DNA of 64,000 nucleotides from Patescibacteria group bacterium (GTDB taxonomy: Bacteria > Patescibacteriota > Patescibacteriia > UBA9570), in assembly GCA_041660305.1 (NCBI GenBank), contig JBAZWO010000005.1:10247-74246 (forward strand). The letters run 5' to 3'. The position numbers and the translations under genes were made by a program. The notes under the pieces are model-generated. The model did no database searches. It was not told where the DNA came from and was given only the letters and a program-made list of their open reading frames with translations. This document shows positions 8,824-16,507 of this stretch, piece by piece (the stretch's first letter is position 1; every line of letters begins with the position of its first letter).

Positions 8824-10125
8824 ATGCCCACTAAAAAACAGATCATGAAAAAAAAGACCAAGCCAGTAAAAGCAACCAAAACCAGCTCTGCTAAAAAAGC
8901 TACCAAACTGGCCAGTAAAAAACATCTGGCCAAGCCAAAAAGCGTTACAGCAGTTCATGTAAAAACAAAAGCGCCAATAGTAGCGAAACATATTCCGGCT
9001 TTAGTGCGCGAATTGCCAGAAAATTATATTAAAACTATTTTTCCGCAATTAGAAGCGGAGCGCTTAATTAAAAAAGGTGCTTCACGTAATTTTTTAACCG
9101 AAACTGAATTAATTTATATATTTGCTAACTTAGAAGATTATATTACTGATTTTGAGCAATGGTTGTTGCAGGTGGAAAAACGGGGTATTCAAATTGTAGA
9201 AACCGATGGTGGTATTCTAGGCTTAGATTTAAAAAAAGCCGGCATTTATGATGCTAATAAAGAAAAAGCCGGCAAAGCGGCCATGGATTTATCCGATATT
9301 TCCAGCGATTCCATTCAAATGTATTTGCGGGAAATTGGTAAAGTGCCGTTGTTAAACACCGAAGAGGAAGTGCGTTTAGCTAAATTAAAAGAAGCCGGTA
9401 ATTTAGAAGCCAAGCGCAAATTATTAGAAGCTAACTTGCGCTTAGTAGTTAGTATTGCCAAAAAATTTACTGGGCGTTCCTTATCATTATTAGATTTAAT
9501 TCAAGAGGGCAATATTGGGTTGCATCGGGCTGTAGAAAAATTTGATTATCGCAAAGGCTATAAATTTTCTACTTATGCCACTTGGTGGATTCGGCAAGCT
9601 ATTACCAGGTCATTAGCCGATCAATCGCGCACCATTCGTATTCCGGTGCACATGGTGGAAACTATTAATAAGTTTCAGCAAATTGAACGGGCTTTAGTGC
9701 AGATTTTAGGCCGTGAACCATTGCCGGAAGAAATTGCCGCCGAAATGGGCGAAGAAATCGGCAAGGTACTGAATATTATAAAAATTTCTCAAGAAACAGT
9801 TTCCCTAGAAACTTCGGTAGGAGATGATGAATCGGAAGATTCCACTTTAGGTGATTTTATTGAAGATCAAAAAACCATGTCGCCCGATCGCTCGGCTTCG
9901 TTGCAACTACTAAAAGATCATGTGATTGATATTATTAAAGATTTGCCACCACGCGAACAGAAAATTTTAGAAATGCGTTTTGGCTTAGTGGATGGGGTAG
10001 CCCATACTTTAGAAGAAGTTGGTCAAGAGTTTGGGGTAACTCGTGAACGGATTCGACAAATTGAAGCCAAGGCCTTAGATAAAATTCAGCAGCATGTGGG
10101 CATGAGAAAATTAAGGGATTATTAA
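8824..10125 (+). CDS. rpoD: RNA polymerase primary sigma factor (sigma-70 family)
   Basis: Region 2 [30 protein letters not shown] and region 4 [24 protein letters not shown]. Lys-rich N-terminal extension. Confidence 0.95.
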   Translation: MPTKKQIMKKKTKPVKATKTSSAKKATKLASKKHLAKPKSVTAVHVKTKAPIVAKHIPALVRELPENYIKTIFPQLEAERLIKKGASRNFLTETELIYIFANLEDYITDFEQWLLQVEKRGIQIVETDGGILGLDLKKAGIYDANKEKAGKAAMDLSDISSDSIQMYLREIGKVPLLNTEEEVRLAKLKEAGNLEAKRKLLEANLRLVVSIAKKFTGRSLSLLDLIQEGNIGLHRAVEKFDYRKGYKFSTYATWWIRQAITRSLADQSRTIRIPVHMVETINKFQQIERALVQILGREPLPEEIAAEMGEEIGKVLNIIKISQETVSLETSVGDDESEDSTLGDFIEDQKTMSPDRSASLQLLKDHVIDIIKDLPPREQKILEMRFGLVDGVAHTLEEVGQEFGVTRERIRQIEAKALDKIQQHVGMRKLRDY

Positions 10126-10128
10126 CAA

Positions 10129-10195
10129 CCTACCTCATCCCCGCCCTTCGGGCACCCCTTCTCCTCTGAGGAGAAGGGGAAGGGGGGTTGAGGTC
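10129..10195. repeat. G+C-rich nested-hairpin element (CCTCTCC/GGAGAGG family)
   Basis: cctacctcatcccc...cttctcctctgaggagaagg...ggggttgaggtcc, immediately after the rpoD stop. Confidence 0.8.
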
Positions 10196-10203
10196 CGAAT
10201 TGT

Positions 10204-11739
10204 ATGGCAATAATTAAACGTAAAATTTACTCTTTAAGTGGTCTAGCCTTACCGCCAGAAGCCACGGCTTATGGTTTAGCGCGCTACAGCCGATCAGCCG
10301 CCCCGGCTAAAGACACGTTCACTGAAATGTCTGAAAAAATTCTGAAAGGCAGTGAAGCCATGAAGAAATTTTTTGAAGTGTTTTATTTTCAGTATGGGCA
10401 TGCTTCAATTGCCGATTTGGCACATGTAGCCATGGCGCTAGAAAATATTTCTATGGTGGCGGCTATTGAAGTAGTAGACGAGCCGGTATGGGATGGGCAA
10501 GAACGCTCTACTCGTTACCAGAAATTTTCTTTAGAAGGGGTACACATTCCTACAGTAATTAAACATAAGCCGCAATTATTAAAATCGTTTCAAACAGCCA
10601 TTAAATACCAAATGGCAGAATACGAAACCCAATATAAAGAATTGCTTGAAGCCGTGCGCGTTGCTAATCCGTTACCAAATAACTATCCGGAAGGAGCTTA
10701 CAAAGCGGCCACACGCGCTCGGGCATTTGATATGACTAGATACATGTTACCACTCGGTTCGTATACCAGTGTTGGCCAAATTACTTCTGGCCGCACGTTG
10801 GAAAAAATGATTTCCCGGTTATTATCAAATGAATACAGCGAAGTACGCGAAGTAGCCGCGGATTTAAAAACTGCCTGCAATACCCCCAGCTTTAATCCGT
10901 TTACTAAAGAAATAAATACGTTATTAAAAGATATAACGAACGTTTCTACCAACGTGAAACGTTTAAAACGCATTTTAAAAACCACTGCACCAGTACCATC
11001 TTTAGTAAAATATACGGCTCCAATTAAATATTTAATTGAAACGAAAAAAGATTTACAGCAAGTAGCGCGAGAATATTTGAAAATTAAAAACATTGATTCC
11101 AGTAACGATGTAGTAGTCTATCAAAATCAAGAGCCATTGGTAGAGGCTGTTACCACATTATTATACGGCGTAACTCATTATTCTTACGGCCAAATTTCTC
11201 AACAAGTGAATAGTTGGAACCGTAAAAAATTGGCGGAAGTGTATGAAGTTGGCACCAAACGGCGCACCCGGCACGATGAATTATCTCGGGCACTTGATAC
11301 CCACAGCTTAACCTTTGATATTTTAATGGACATTGGCTCGTTTCGTGATATGCACCGTCACCGTCGCACGGTACAAGTGCGCCAAGATTATACTTATGAA
11401 CATGGCTATACCTGGCACCCGGAAATAGAACGGTACGGTAACTTGTATCCGTATCAAGTAGCTATGGATGCTATTTGTGCCACTGGTAAAAAACTAGACA
11501 AAATTAACCATGAAGCCGGGGTATACGCTATGCCGCTGGGTTGTAAAAATAGATTTTTGTTAAAAATGGGCTGGAATGAGCTGGATTATATTGGCAAATT
11601 ACGCACCGGCAAAGGCCGGCACTTATCCTATTGGAATATTGCTCTACGCATGGTAGAAGAAGCCAGTAAGCTTTGCCCAGAACGTACTAAACATATTCCT
11701 ACTACGCCGTTAGAACAGGATAGCGTTTATGAACGATAG
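10204..11739 (+). CDS. thyX: FAD-dependent thymidylate synthase ThyX, long (about 500 aa) form
   Basis: YGHASIADLAHV and the ThyX motif region FRDMHRHRRTVQ. About twice the length of minimal ThyX. Confidence 0.75.
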   Translation: MAIIKRKIYSLSGLALPPEATAYGLARYSRSAAPAKDTFTEMSEKILKGSEAMKKFFEVFYFQYGHASIADLAHVAMALENISMVAAIEVVDEPVWDGQERSTRYQKFSLEGVHIPTVIKHKPQLLKSFQTAIKYQMAEYETQYKELLEAVRVANPLPNNYPEGAYKAATRARAFDMTRYMLPLGSYTSVGQITSGRTLEKMISRLLSNEYSEVREVAADLKTACNTPSFNPFTKEINTLLKDITNVSTNVKRLKRILKTTAPVPSLVKYTAPIKYLIETKKDLQQVAREYLKIKNIDSSNDVVVYQNQEPLVEAVTTLLYGVTHYSYGQISQQVNSWNRKKLAEVYEVGTKRRTRHDELSRALDTHSLTFDILMDIGSFRDMHRHRRTVQVRQDYTYEHGYTWHPEIERYGNLYPYQVAMDAICATGKKLDKINHEAGVYAMPLGCKNRFLLKMGWNELDYIGKLRTGKGRHLSYWNIALRMVEEASKLCPERTKHIPTTPLEQDSVYER

Positions 11740-11806
11740 CCCCCTAACCCCCTAAAGGGGGAATTATTCCCTCCCGCCTTTAGGAGGGAGGGGTAGGGAG
11801 GGAGGC
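11739..11806. repeat. G+C-rich nested-hairpin element
   Basis: ccccctaaccccctaaaggggg ... ccctcccgcctttaggagggagggg, between convergent thyX and dus. Supplies the dus C-terminus (ASLPTPPS). Confidence 0.8.
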
Positions 11807-12817
11807 CTGTATTTCTCGTATAATTATCTCAACTTCTTCTAACGTATTCACCCTTACCAACTGTGCTCTATAATGTGCGGCATTAGGAATACCGCGAATG
11901 TACCAGCTTAAAATTTTTCTAATTTCATTGAAGGGATTGTAATTGGATTTTTTCTTTCTCTTTTTTTGTAGGAATCTTTTTTGTGGGAACGCGATATATC
12001 GCGTTCGTACGGATTGTTCCAATAATCGCGCATGTTCCAGCATAGTATTTAAAATTTCATCTTGTGTTGGTACATGGTAGATGCCAGTTTGCAGATAATC
12101 TTTAATTTGTTTTATTAACCAGGGTTTGCCAAAACTGCCTCTGGCTACCGCGATACCATCGCAACCAGTATAATCTAGGGTGGCTTTAGCGGCTTCGGGA
12201 GTGTGGCCGTTACCGGAGGCAATCACTAAAAAGGGAACTAGTGATTTAGCTTCTTTAATGCAATCTAAATCTGCCTGGCCTTCGTAAGGTTTTTCAAATG
12301 GGCGGCCGTGAATGGTAATAGCACTGAGTGGTAACTCGGAAATTACGTTACAAAAATCTCTTACGTGAGTAGTTTTGTAGCTTTTTCTAGTTTTTACAGA
12401 TACTGGAAATTCAGAACCAACGGCGGCAAGTACCGCTTGAATAATTTCTTTGCATAATCCCAAATCGCGCAACAAGCTACAGCCGCCGCCGCTTCTAGCC
12501 ACTTTCGGCGCCGGGCAACCAAAATTAATATCAACTCCGTCAAAACCTAATTGTTTAATGTGTTTAGCCGCTGCAAAAAAATAATCCGGTTTGGAACCAA
12601 ATAACTGCGCGATAATAGGGTGTTCATTAGCATCATAATCTAGTAGGCGAGCGGTTTTGCCTGTAGGGCAATGGTGAATGGCATCAATGGAAACAAATTC
12701 CGGAAACAGAATATCCGAAGCAAACCGTTTCATTATTAAACGATACGGTTTATCGGTTACGCCGCTCATCGGCGCCAGGTAAATGAGTGGTTTTGGTAAT
12801 TGTGTCCAAGGGTTCAT
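11780..12817 (-). CDS. dus: tRNA-dihydrouridine synthase
   Basis: LAPMSGVTDKPYRLIMKRF and INFGCPAPKVARSGGGCSLL (catalytic Cys loop). Confidence 0.9.
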   Translation of the reverse strand: MNPWTQLPKPLIYLAPMSGVTDKPYRLIMKRFASDILFPEFVSIDAIHHCPTGKTARLLDYDANEHPIIAQLFGSKPDYFFAAAKHIKQLGFDGVDINFGCPAPKVARSGGGCSLLRDLGLCKEIIQAVLAAVGSEFPVSVKTRKSYKTTHVRDFCNVISELPLSAITIHGRPFEKPYEGQADLDCIKEAKSLVPFLVIASGNGHTPEAAKATLDYTGCDGIAVARGSFGKPWLIKQIKDYLQTGIYHVPTQDEILNTMLEHARLLEQSVRTRYIAFPQKRFLQKKRKKKSNYNPFNEIRKILSWYIRGIPNAAHYRAQLVRVNTLEEVEIIIREIQASLPTPPS

Positions 12818-12822
12818 AATGG

Positions 12823-12922
12823 CCTACCTCACCCCCTACCCCCCTCTCCTCTGAGGAGAGGGGGAATAATGCGAACTTAATTCTCCCTTCTCCTTAGAGG
12901 AGAAGGGTTGGGGATGAGGTAG
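12823..12922. repeat. G+C-rich nested-hairpin element (double unit)
   Basis: cctacctcaccccctacccccctctcctctgaggagaggggg ... ctcccttctccttagaggagaagggttggggatgaggtag. Read through as the cysS C-terminal tail. Confidence 0.85.
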
Positions 12923-14311
12923 TATTTTTGGTCCATTAAGTGTATCTTCTATTTGATAACCCTTACTTTCAATTTTTCTTCGTAACATATCCGCTACCTC
13001 CCATTGTTTGGCGTCCCGTGCAATTTCGCGTTCTTCTACTAGTTGAGTAATTTCCGGCGGCACATTAGCGGCGGCACTAATCGCTTCGTGATAATAACCT
13101 TCTAAATGTAAACCTAATATTTTATCCATGGCAAATAACGTAGCTAATTTTTTTCCGCTATCTAAATGTGAGTGCAACATATTCCACATAACAGCCAACG
13201 CTTTGGGAGTATCTAAATCGTTATTTACTGCCATGGTAAAGCGTTCCATGGTTTCCGTATCAATTTCGGTAGCTTCATCGTATTCATAATCCACAATCAT
13301 GGCGCGTAAATTATTTAATGCGTTACTAGCGCCTGTTAATGCTTCGAACGTAAAATTTAATTTAGCGCGGTAATGCGCACCTAAACAAAAATAGCGATAG
13401 GCGAGCGGGTCATAACCTTTTTCTTTTAACAGGCTTATCGTTAAAAAATTGCCCTTGGATTTTCCCATGCGTTCAGCGTTGGTAAGCAAAAATTCACCAT
13501 GTAACCAATAATTAACCGTTACATGATGTAACGCACCTTCATTTTGGGCAATTTCATTAGTATGGTGTACTGGAACATGATCAATTCCACCGCAGTGAAT
13601 ATCAAAATGCTCGCCTAAGTATTTAATACTCATGGCCGAACATTCAATGTGCCAGCCAGGAAAACCTGTTTCCCACGGTGATTCCCATTCCATCAGCCGT
13701 TTAGGCTGCCCTGAGCTTGTCGAAGGGCTAAATTTCCATAAGGCAAAATCGGTAGCGTGTTTTTTTTCGCCGGTCTCAATGCGAGCACCGGCTTGCAAAC
13801 ATTTAATATCAAGTTTTGCTAGTTTACCGTAATCAGATAATTTACTAGTATCAAAATAAATCCCGTCACTAGTTTTATACGTAAAACCGTTTTGTTCTAG
13901 TTTTTTTATTAAATCAATTTGTTCTTTAATATGATCGGTAGCTTTGCACCAAATAGTCGGCGGCTGAATATTCAAATCGTGCAAATCTTGTTGGAACGCT
14001 TCCGTATAAAATTTAGCAATATCCCAAACTGATTTTTTTTCACGTTGAGCGCCTTGTTCCATTTTATCTTCGCCGCTATCGGCATCGTCAGTTAAGTGGC
14101 CAACATCGGTAATGTTCATAACATGGTTAACTGTATAACCAGCTAGTTCCAAAGTGCGCTTTAAAACATCTTCAAATAAATATGTGCGCAAATTTCCAAT
14201 ATGAGCATAATGATAAACCGTTGGCCCGCAAGTATATAAACCCACTTTATGTTCGTGGAGCGGTTTAAATAATTCCTTCTTACGAGTTAGAGTGTTGAAG
14301 AGATATAACAT
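12836..14311 (-). CDS. cysS: Cysteine--tRNA ligase
   Basis: HIGN ([12 protein letters not shown]), KMSKS variant RMGKSKGN, and PGWHIECS. The last roughly 27 aa are repeat-derived. Contains a 21-nt in-frame palindromic insert. Confidence 0.95.
   Translation of the reverse strand: MLYLFNTLTRKKELFKPLHEHKVGLYTCGPTVYHYAHIGNLRTYLFEDVLKRTLELAGYTVNHVMNITDVGHLTDDADSGEDKMEQGAQREKKSVWDIAKFYTEAFQQDLHDLNIQPPTIWCKATDHIKEQIDLIKKLEQNGFTYKTSDGIYFDTSKLSDYGKLAKLDIKCLQAGARIETGEKKHATDFALWKFSPSTSSGQPKRLMEWESPWETGFPGWHIECSAMSIKYLGEHFDIHCGGIDHVPVHHTNEIAQNEGALHHVTVNYWLHGEFLLTNAERMGKSKGNFLTISLLKEKGYDPLAYRYFCLGAHYRAKLNFTFEALTGASNALNNLRAMIVDYEYDEATEIDTETMERFTMAVNNDLDTPKALAVMWNMLHSHLDSGKKLATLFAMDKILGLHLEGYYHEAISAAANVPPEITQLVEEREIARDAKQWEVADMLRRKIESKGYQIEDTLNGPKILPHPQPFSSKEKGELSSHYSPSPQRRGG
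13708..13728. repeat. 21-nt palindromic insert inside cysS
   Basis: GCCCTgagcttgtcgaAGGGC encodes STSSGQP between the conserved DFALWK and WESPW blocks. Confidence 0.6.
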
Positions 14312-14333
14312 AGTAATATTTTACACTATTTCT

Positions 14334-14356
14334 CGTGGATAAACCAGTTATCCACA
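14334..14356. promoter_or_regulatory. Inverted pair of DnaA-box-like 9-mers upstream of cysS
   Basis: CGTGGATAA-accag-TTATCCACA. The second half is the perfect E. coli-type DnaA box. Confidence 0.3.
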
Positions 14357-14384
14357 GATCTAGCCAAAAATATGATAAATCTAT

Positions 14385-14412
14385 TTGACGTTTTTTTTGA
14401 GCCAGTTATAAT
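14385..14412 (+). promoter_or_regulatory. Sigma70-type promoter of an orphan small transcript
   Basis: TTGACG, 16 nt, TATAAT. Confidence 0.5.
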
Positions 14413-14418
14413 GGCCAC

Positions 14419-14604
14419 AAAGCAAAGTTATGAATCACTCCCAAGCTCACAATTTTAGCCTCGTATCCGTGTTAAAACACACCCCACGTTGTTTTGTTAT
14501 TAATTATTATACACAACGCGGATTGAGACTAAACCCTGCCCACTAGCCTAAGTTAACCTGAAAACCAAAACAAGTCCCAATCCGCCAAACTAGGCGGATT
14601 TTTT
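14419..14604 (+). ncRNA. Candidate small RNA of about 185 nt, unknown family
   Basis: Bounded by the promoter above and the intrinsic terminator AATCCGCC-aaacta-GGCGGATT plus T4-5 (14579-14604). Only a 38-codon SD-less ORF inside. Confidence 0.35.
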
Positions 14605-14657
14605 CTACCTCTCCCTCTGTCCCTCCCCTATTAGGGGAGGGATGAAGGGTGGGGTAG
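14605..14657. repeat. G+C-rich nested-hairpin element
   Basis: ctacctctccctctgtccctcccctattaggggagggatgaagggtggggtag. Confidence 0.8.
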
Positions 14658-14740
14658 AACACTCCTCAACTAGCTCTTTACAACTAGGTAACGTAAGCAC
14701 TCACGTTTTTAAGCTTCGTTTTAATGTATTAAAACATGAA

Positions 14741-14828
14741 GCCGGGAATGGAAAAGATATTATCAACCGGTAGAGACGCCCCGCCGGGGCGTCTCTACAA
14801 AAACTATAATATCTGTTCCATTCCCGGC
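14741..14828. repeat. 88-nt composite hairpin tipped by REP-like GTAG palindrome copy 3 (14770-14798)
   Basis: GCCGGGAATGGAA / TTCCATTCCCGGC (13 bp), GATATTAT / ATAATATC (8 bp), then GTAGAGACGCCCCG-C-CGGGGCGTCTCTAC. Confidence 0.85.
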
Positions 14829-14888
14829 TCGTGGTATGAGCTGAGACTCCCCAGGCCGCCTCTGCGGCCGCTGTTAGAGGTGGTTAGT

Positions 14889-15104
14889 ATGCCAGGATTT
14901 GAACGAAGTACAGAAGCAAGGGCACGGAAGCTAGAGGATGTTTTTCCATGGAGGTCCAGCCAGATAGAGGGACTCCTGGACAGCTGCTCATCCGACGAGC
15001 AGTTAGTACGTGCTCTGGACAAGATCCAGGAAGAAGAGGACAGCGGGGCTCAAGAAAAGGGTGGGAGGGATCTTCGTCGCAGAAGCGATGAAGCTAGGCT
15101 GTAA
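14889..15104 (+). CDS. Small acidic hypothetical protein S1 (71 aa), G+C-rich, SD-led
   Basis: SD GAGGTGG (14877-14883) 5 nt before the ATG. 57% G+C in line 14941-15000. No homology recognised. Track ORF start 14736 lies inside the hairpin and is rejected. Confidence 0.35.
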   Translation: MPGFERSTEARARKLEDVFPWRSSQIEGLLDSCSSDEQLVRALDKIQEEEDSGAQEKGGRDLRRRSDEARL

Positions 15105-15209
15105 TAGGCCAGGAGGATGTGGAGGCAGGCTCCATGTGTGATGAGTGGTCGCAAGACTGTTCAACGCTGGGTATCCCGTCTTCATCTTTTCGCTTACGTT
15201 ACCCACCTT

Positions 15210-15240
15210 CTTCTGTTGATAATACACTTATCAACAGAAG
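15210..15240. other. Perfect 13-bp hairpin made of two DnaA-box-like half sites
   Basis: CTTCTGTTGATAA-tacac-TTATCAACAGAAG. Confidence 0.7.
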
Positions 15241-15380
15241 CTCGGTGGAGCAATTTGACACTTTTTTTACAAGCAGTACAATACTTTCACATGCAACATA
15301 CCCGCGTAATCATTAGCAACATTATTATTAGCCACCTGGTGGTTAGGTAGTTGTTGCACGCGAAATCTTGCAGCACTCTA

Positions 15381-15407
15381 GCCACCTTACCGGTGGCGTT
15401 TTTGTTT
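15381..15407 (+). terminator. Intrinsic terminator
   Basis: GCCACC-ttacc-GGTGGC followed by GTTTTTGTTT. Confidence 0.5.
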
Positions 15408-15424
15408 ATACAGGCTCTTTACAA

Positions 15425-15568
15425 TTCACCACTCTCGCTGTGTGTTGATTTGACCCTTCCCCCTGACCCCCTTCCCTGCAAGGCAGGGGGAAAATTAATT
15501 AATTATTCCCTCCCTCTTGCAGGAGGGAGGGTTAGGGTGGAAGGTCACTACACAGCGAGAGTGGTGAA
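15425..15568. repeat. 144-nt composite hairpin: 19-bp perfect outer inverted repeat around a G+C-rich nested-hairpin element
   Basis: TTCACCACTCTCGCTGTGT (15425-15443) pairs with ACACAGCGAGAGTGGTGAA (15550-15568). The interior matches the CCTCCC/GGGAGG family. Confidence 0.85.
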
Positions 15569-15595
15569 AAAAACGTTATCTTTTAGGAGGTCTCT

Positions 15596-15793
15596 ATGGA
15601 CACGGATTTGCAAAAAAAAATTAACGAATTATCTGGTAATTTTTTTGAGCTGAGGACTATGTCCTCAGCGTGTCTTCATGGTATTTCGCATGACGATGCT
15701 CGGTATACACCGAGCTATCGTGAATGTGCTGTAGCGGTAAAGGAGCTTAGGCTACAACTCGAAGCGCAGTCGATGGCCGATTGCCCCCTATAA
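15596..15793 (+). CDS. Small hypothetical protein S2 (65 aa), SD-led
   Basis: AGGAGG (15585-15590) 5 nt before the ATG. Followed by an 8-bp-closed hairpin, CAGGCACG...CGTGCCTG (15818-15856). No homology recognised. Confidence 0.45.
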   Translation: MDTDLQKKINELSGNFFELRTMSSACLHGISHDDARYTPSYRECAVAVKELRLQLEAQSMADCPL

Positions 15794-16003
15794 GGAGTCC
15801 GCTCGTTTTTTCGGAGACAGGCACGGGTATGATTTCACAATCATTACTCGTGCCTGCTCTCCACCCTCTTCTATTTCTTAACCAATTAGGCTAAATATTA
15901 CGTTATCATACTTTTCAACTGGCTTCATTTTTAATAATAATATAAAAGGAAAAGTAAGTTTTTGTTCTTTTCAAAATTAGCATCGATCTTTACATTATAT
16001 TCT

Positions 16004-16071
16004 CAGAGATTCGGGGTAAGAAAATAAGTTTATCATGCTTGATTAATTTATTTTGCTACCCCTAATCTCTG
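16004..16071. other. 68-nt hairpin upstream of S3
   Basis: CAGAGATTCGGGGTA pairs with TACCCCTAATCTCTG: 15-bp arms with one mismatch and a 38-nt AT-rich loop. Confidence 0.75.
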
Positions 16072-16122
16072 GAATTCACTAGAGAAGGGGTGATAATCTC
16101 CCGCATAGATAGGAGGCTAGAT

Positions 16123-16326
16123 ATGTGGGGAGGAAAAGATTTTTTGAAAAGCATTTCGGAAGAGGAAAGGGCCGTGCGGTATAATCGCACGGCCACGACC
16201 TCGGCCACGACCTCGGCCACGACCTCGGCCACGACCTCGGCCACGACCTCGGCCACGACCTCGGCCACGACCTCGGCCAAATCCGTTCCGGTGATCCCGT
16301 TGAGGGATCGATACCCAGGGATTTAG
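16123..16326 (+). CDS. Small repeat protein S3 (67 aa) with (ATTS)x7 core
   Basis: AGGAGG (16111-16116) 6 nt before the ATG. MWGGKDFLKSISEEERAVRYNRT-(ATTS)7-AKSVPVIPLRDRYPGI. A strong terminator follows. ATG 16123 preferred over GTG 16090. Confidence 0.5.
   Translation: MWGGKDFLKSISEEERAVRYNRTATTSATTSATTSATTSATTSATTSATTSAKSVPVIPLRDRYPGI
16191..16279. repeat. Perfect tandem repeat, 12 bp x 7.4
   Basis: GGCCACGACCTC repeated seven times without any mismatch, plus GGCCA. Preceded by the 9-bp hairpin GGCCGTGCG-gtataat-CGCACGGCC (16170-16194). Confidence 0.95.
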
Positions 16327-16329
16327 TTA

Positions 16330-16377
16330 GAGGACGAGTAGTTCGCTTAACGCGATGCTACTCGTCCTCATTTTTTT
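16330..16377 (+). terminator. Strong intrinsic terminator
   Basis: GAGGACGAGTAG ... CTACTCGTCCTC (12 bp), then A and T7. Confidence 0.8.
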
Positions 16378-16466
16378 AAAAAAAATAAACAGCACCATTT
16401 TTGGCCAAATACAGGTAATTATGTTAATCTTATAAATAATCAATTATTAATAAAAGCATTAATTTT

Positions 16467-16507
16467 CCCCCTCTCCTTTGAGGAGAGGGGGCTAGGGGGT
16501 GAGGTAG
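16467..16507. repeat. G+C-rich nested-hairpin element
   Basis: ccccctctcctttgaggagagggggctagggggtgaggtag. It abuts the ATG at 16509. Confidence 0.8.

Noticed and set aside
14736-15104. Full 122-aa track ORF starting at 14736
   Set aside because: Its first ~30 codons are the two arms of the 88-nt hairpin and GTAG palindrome (GRDAPPGRLY). Only the distal 71 codons follow a credible SD.
14830-15250. G+C-rich patch in an AT-rich genome considered as RNase P RNA, tmRNA or SRP RNA
   Set aside because: I could not find the RNase P P4 blocks (GAGGAAAGUCC / ACAGAAnCCGGCUUA). The ACAGAAG present is simply one arm of a 13-bp hairpin. There is also no tRNA-like 5'/3' end pair and no SRP GGAA/AGCA helix-8 motif. 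An Rfam scan is still needed to be sure.
16191-16279. The 12-bp tandem array considered as a CRISPR array
   Set aside because: The units are directly adjacent with no spacers and are only 12 bp long. There are no cas genes in the window.
16062-16280. Minus-strand reading of the tandem repeat, (AEVV)n
   Set aside because: It has a TTG start without an SD, no terminator in that orientation, and runs antisense through the plus-strand SD and hairpin. The plus-strand ORF has both signals.
14741-16377. Integron-like cassette array with the hairpins as attC sites
   Set aside because: There is no intI integrase and no recognisable RYYYAAC/GTTRRRY core sites at the hairpin feet. The ORFs have their own SDs and terminators.
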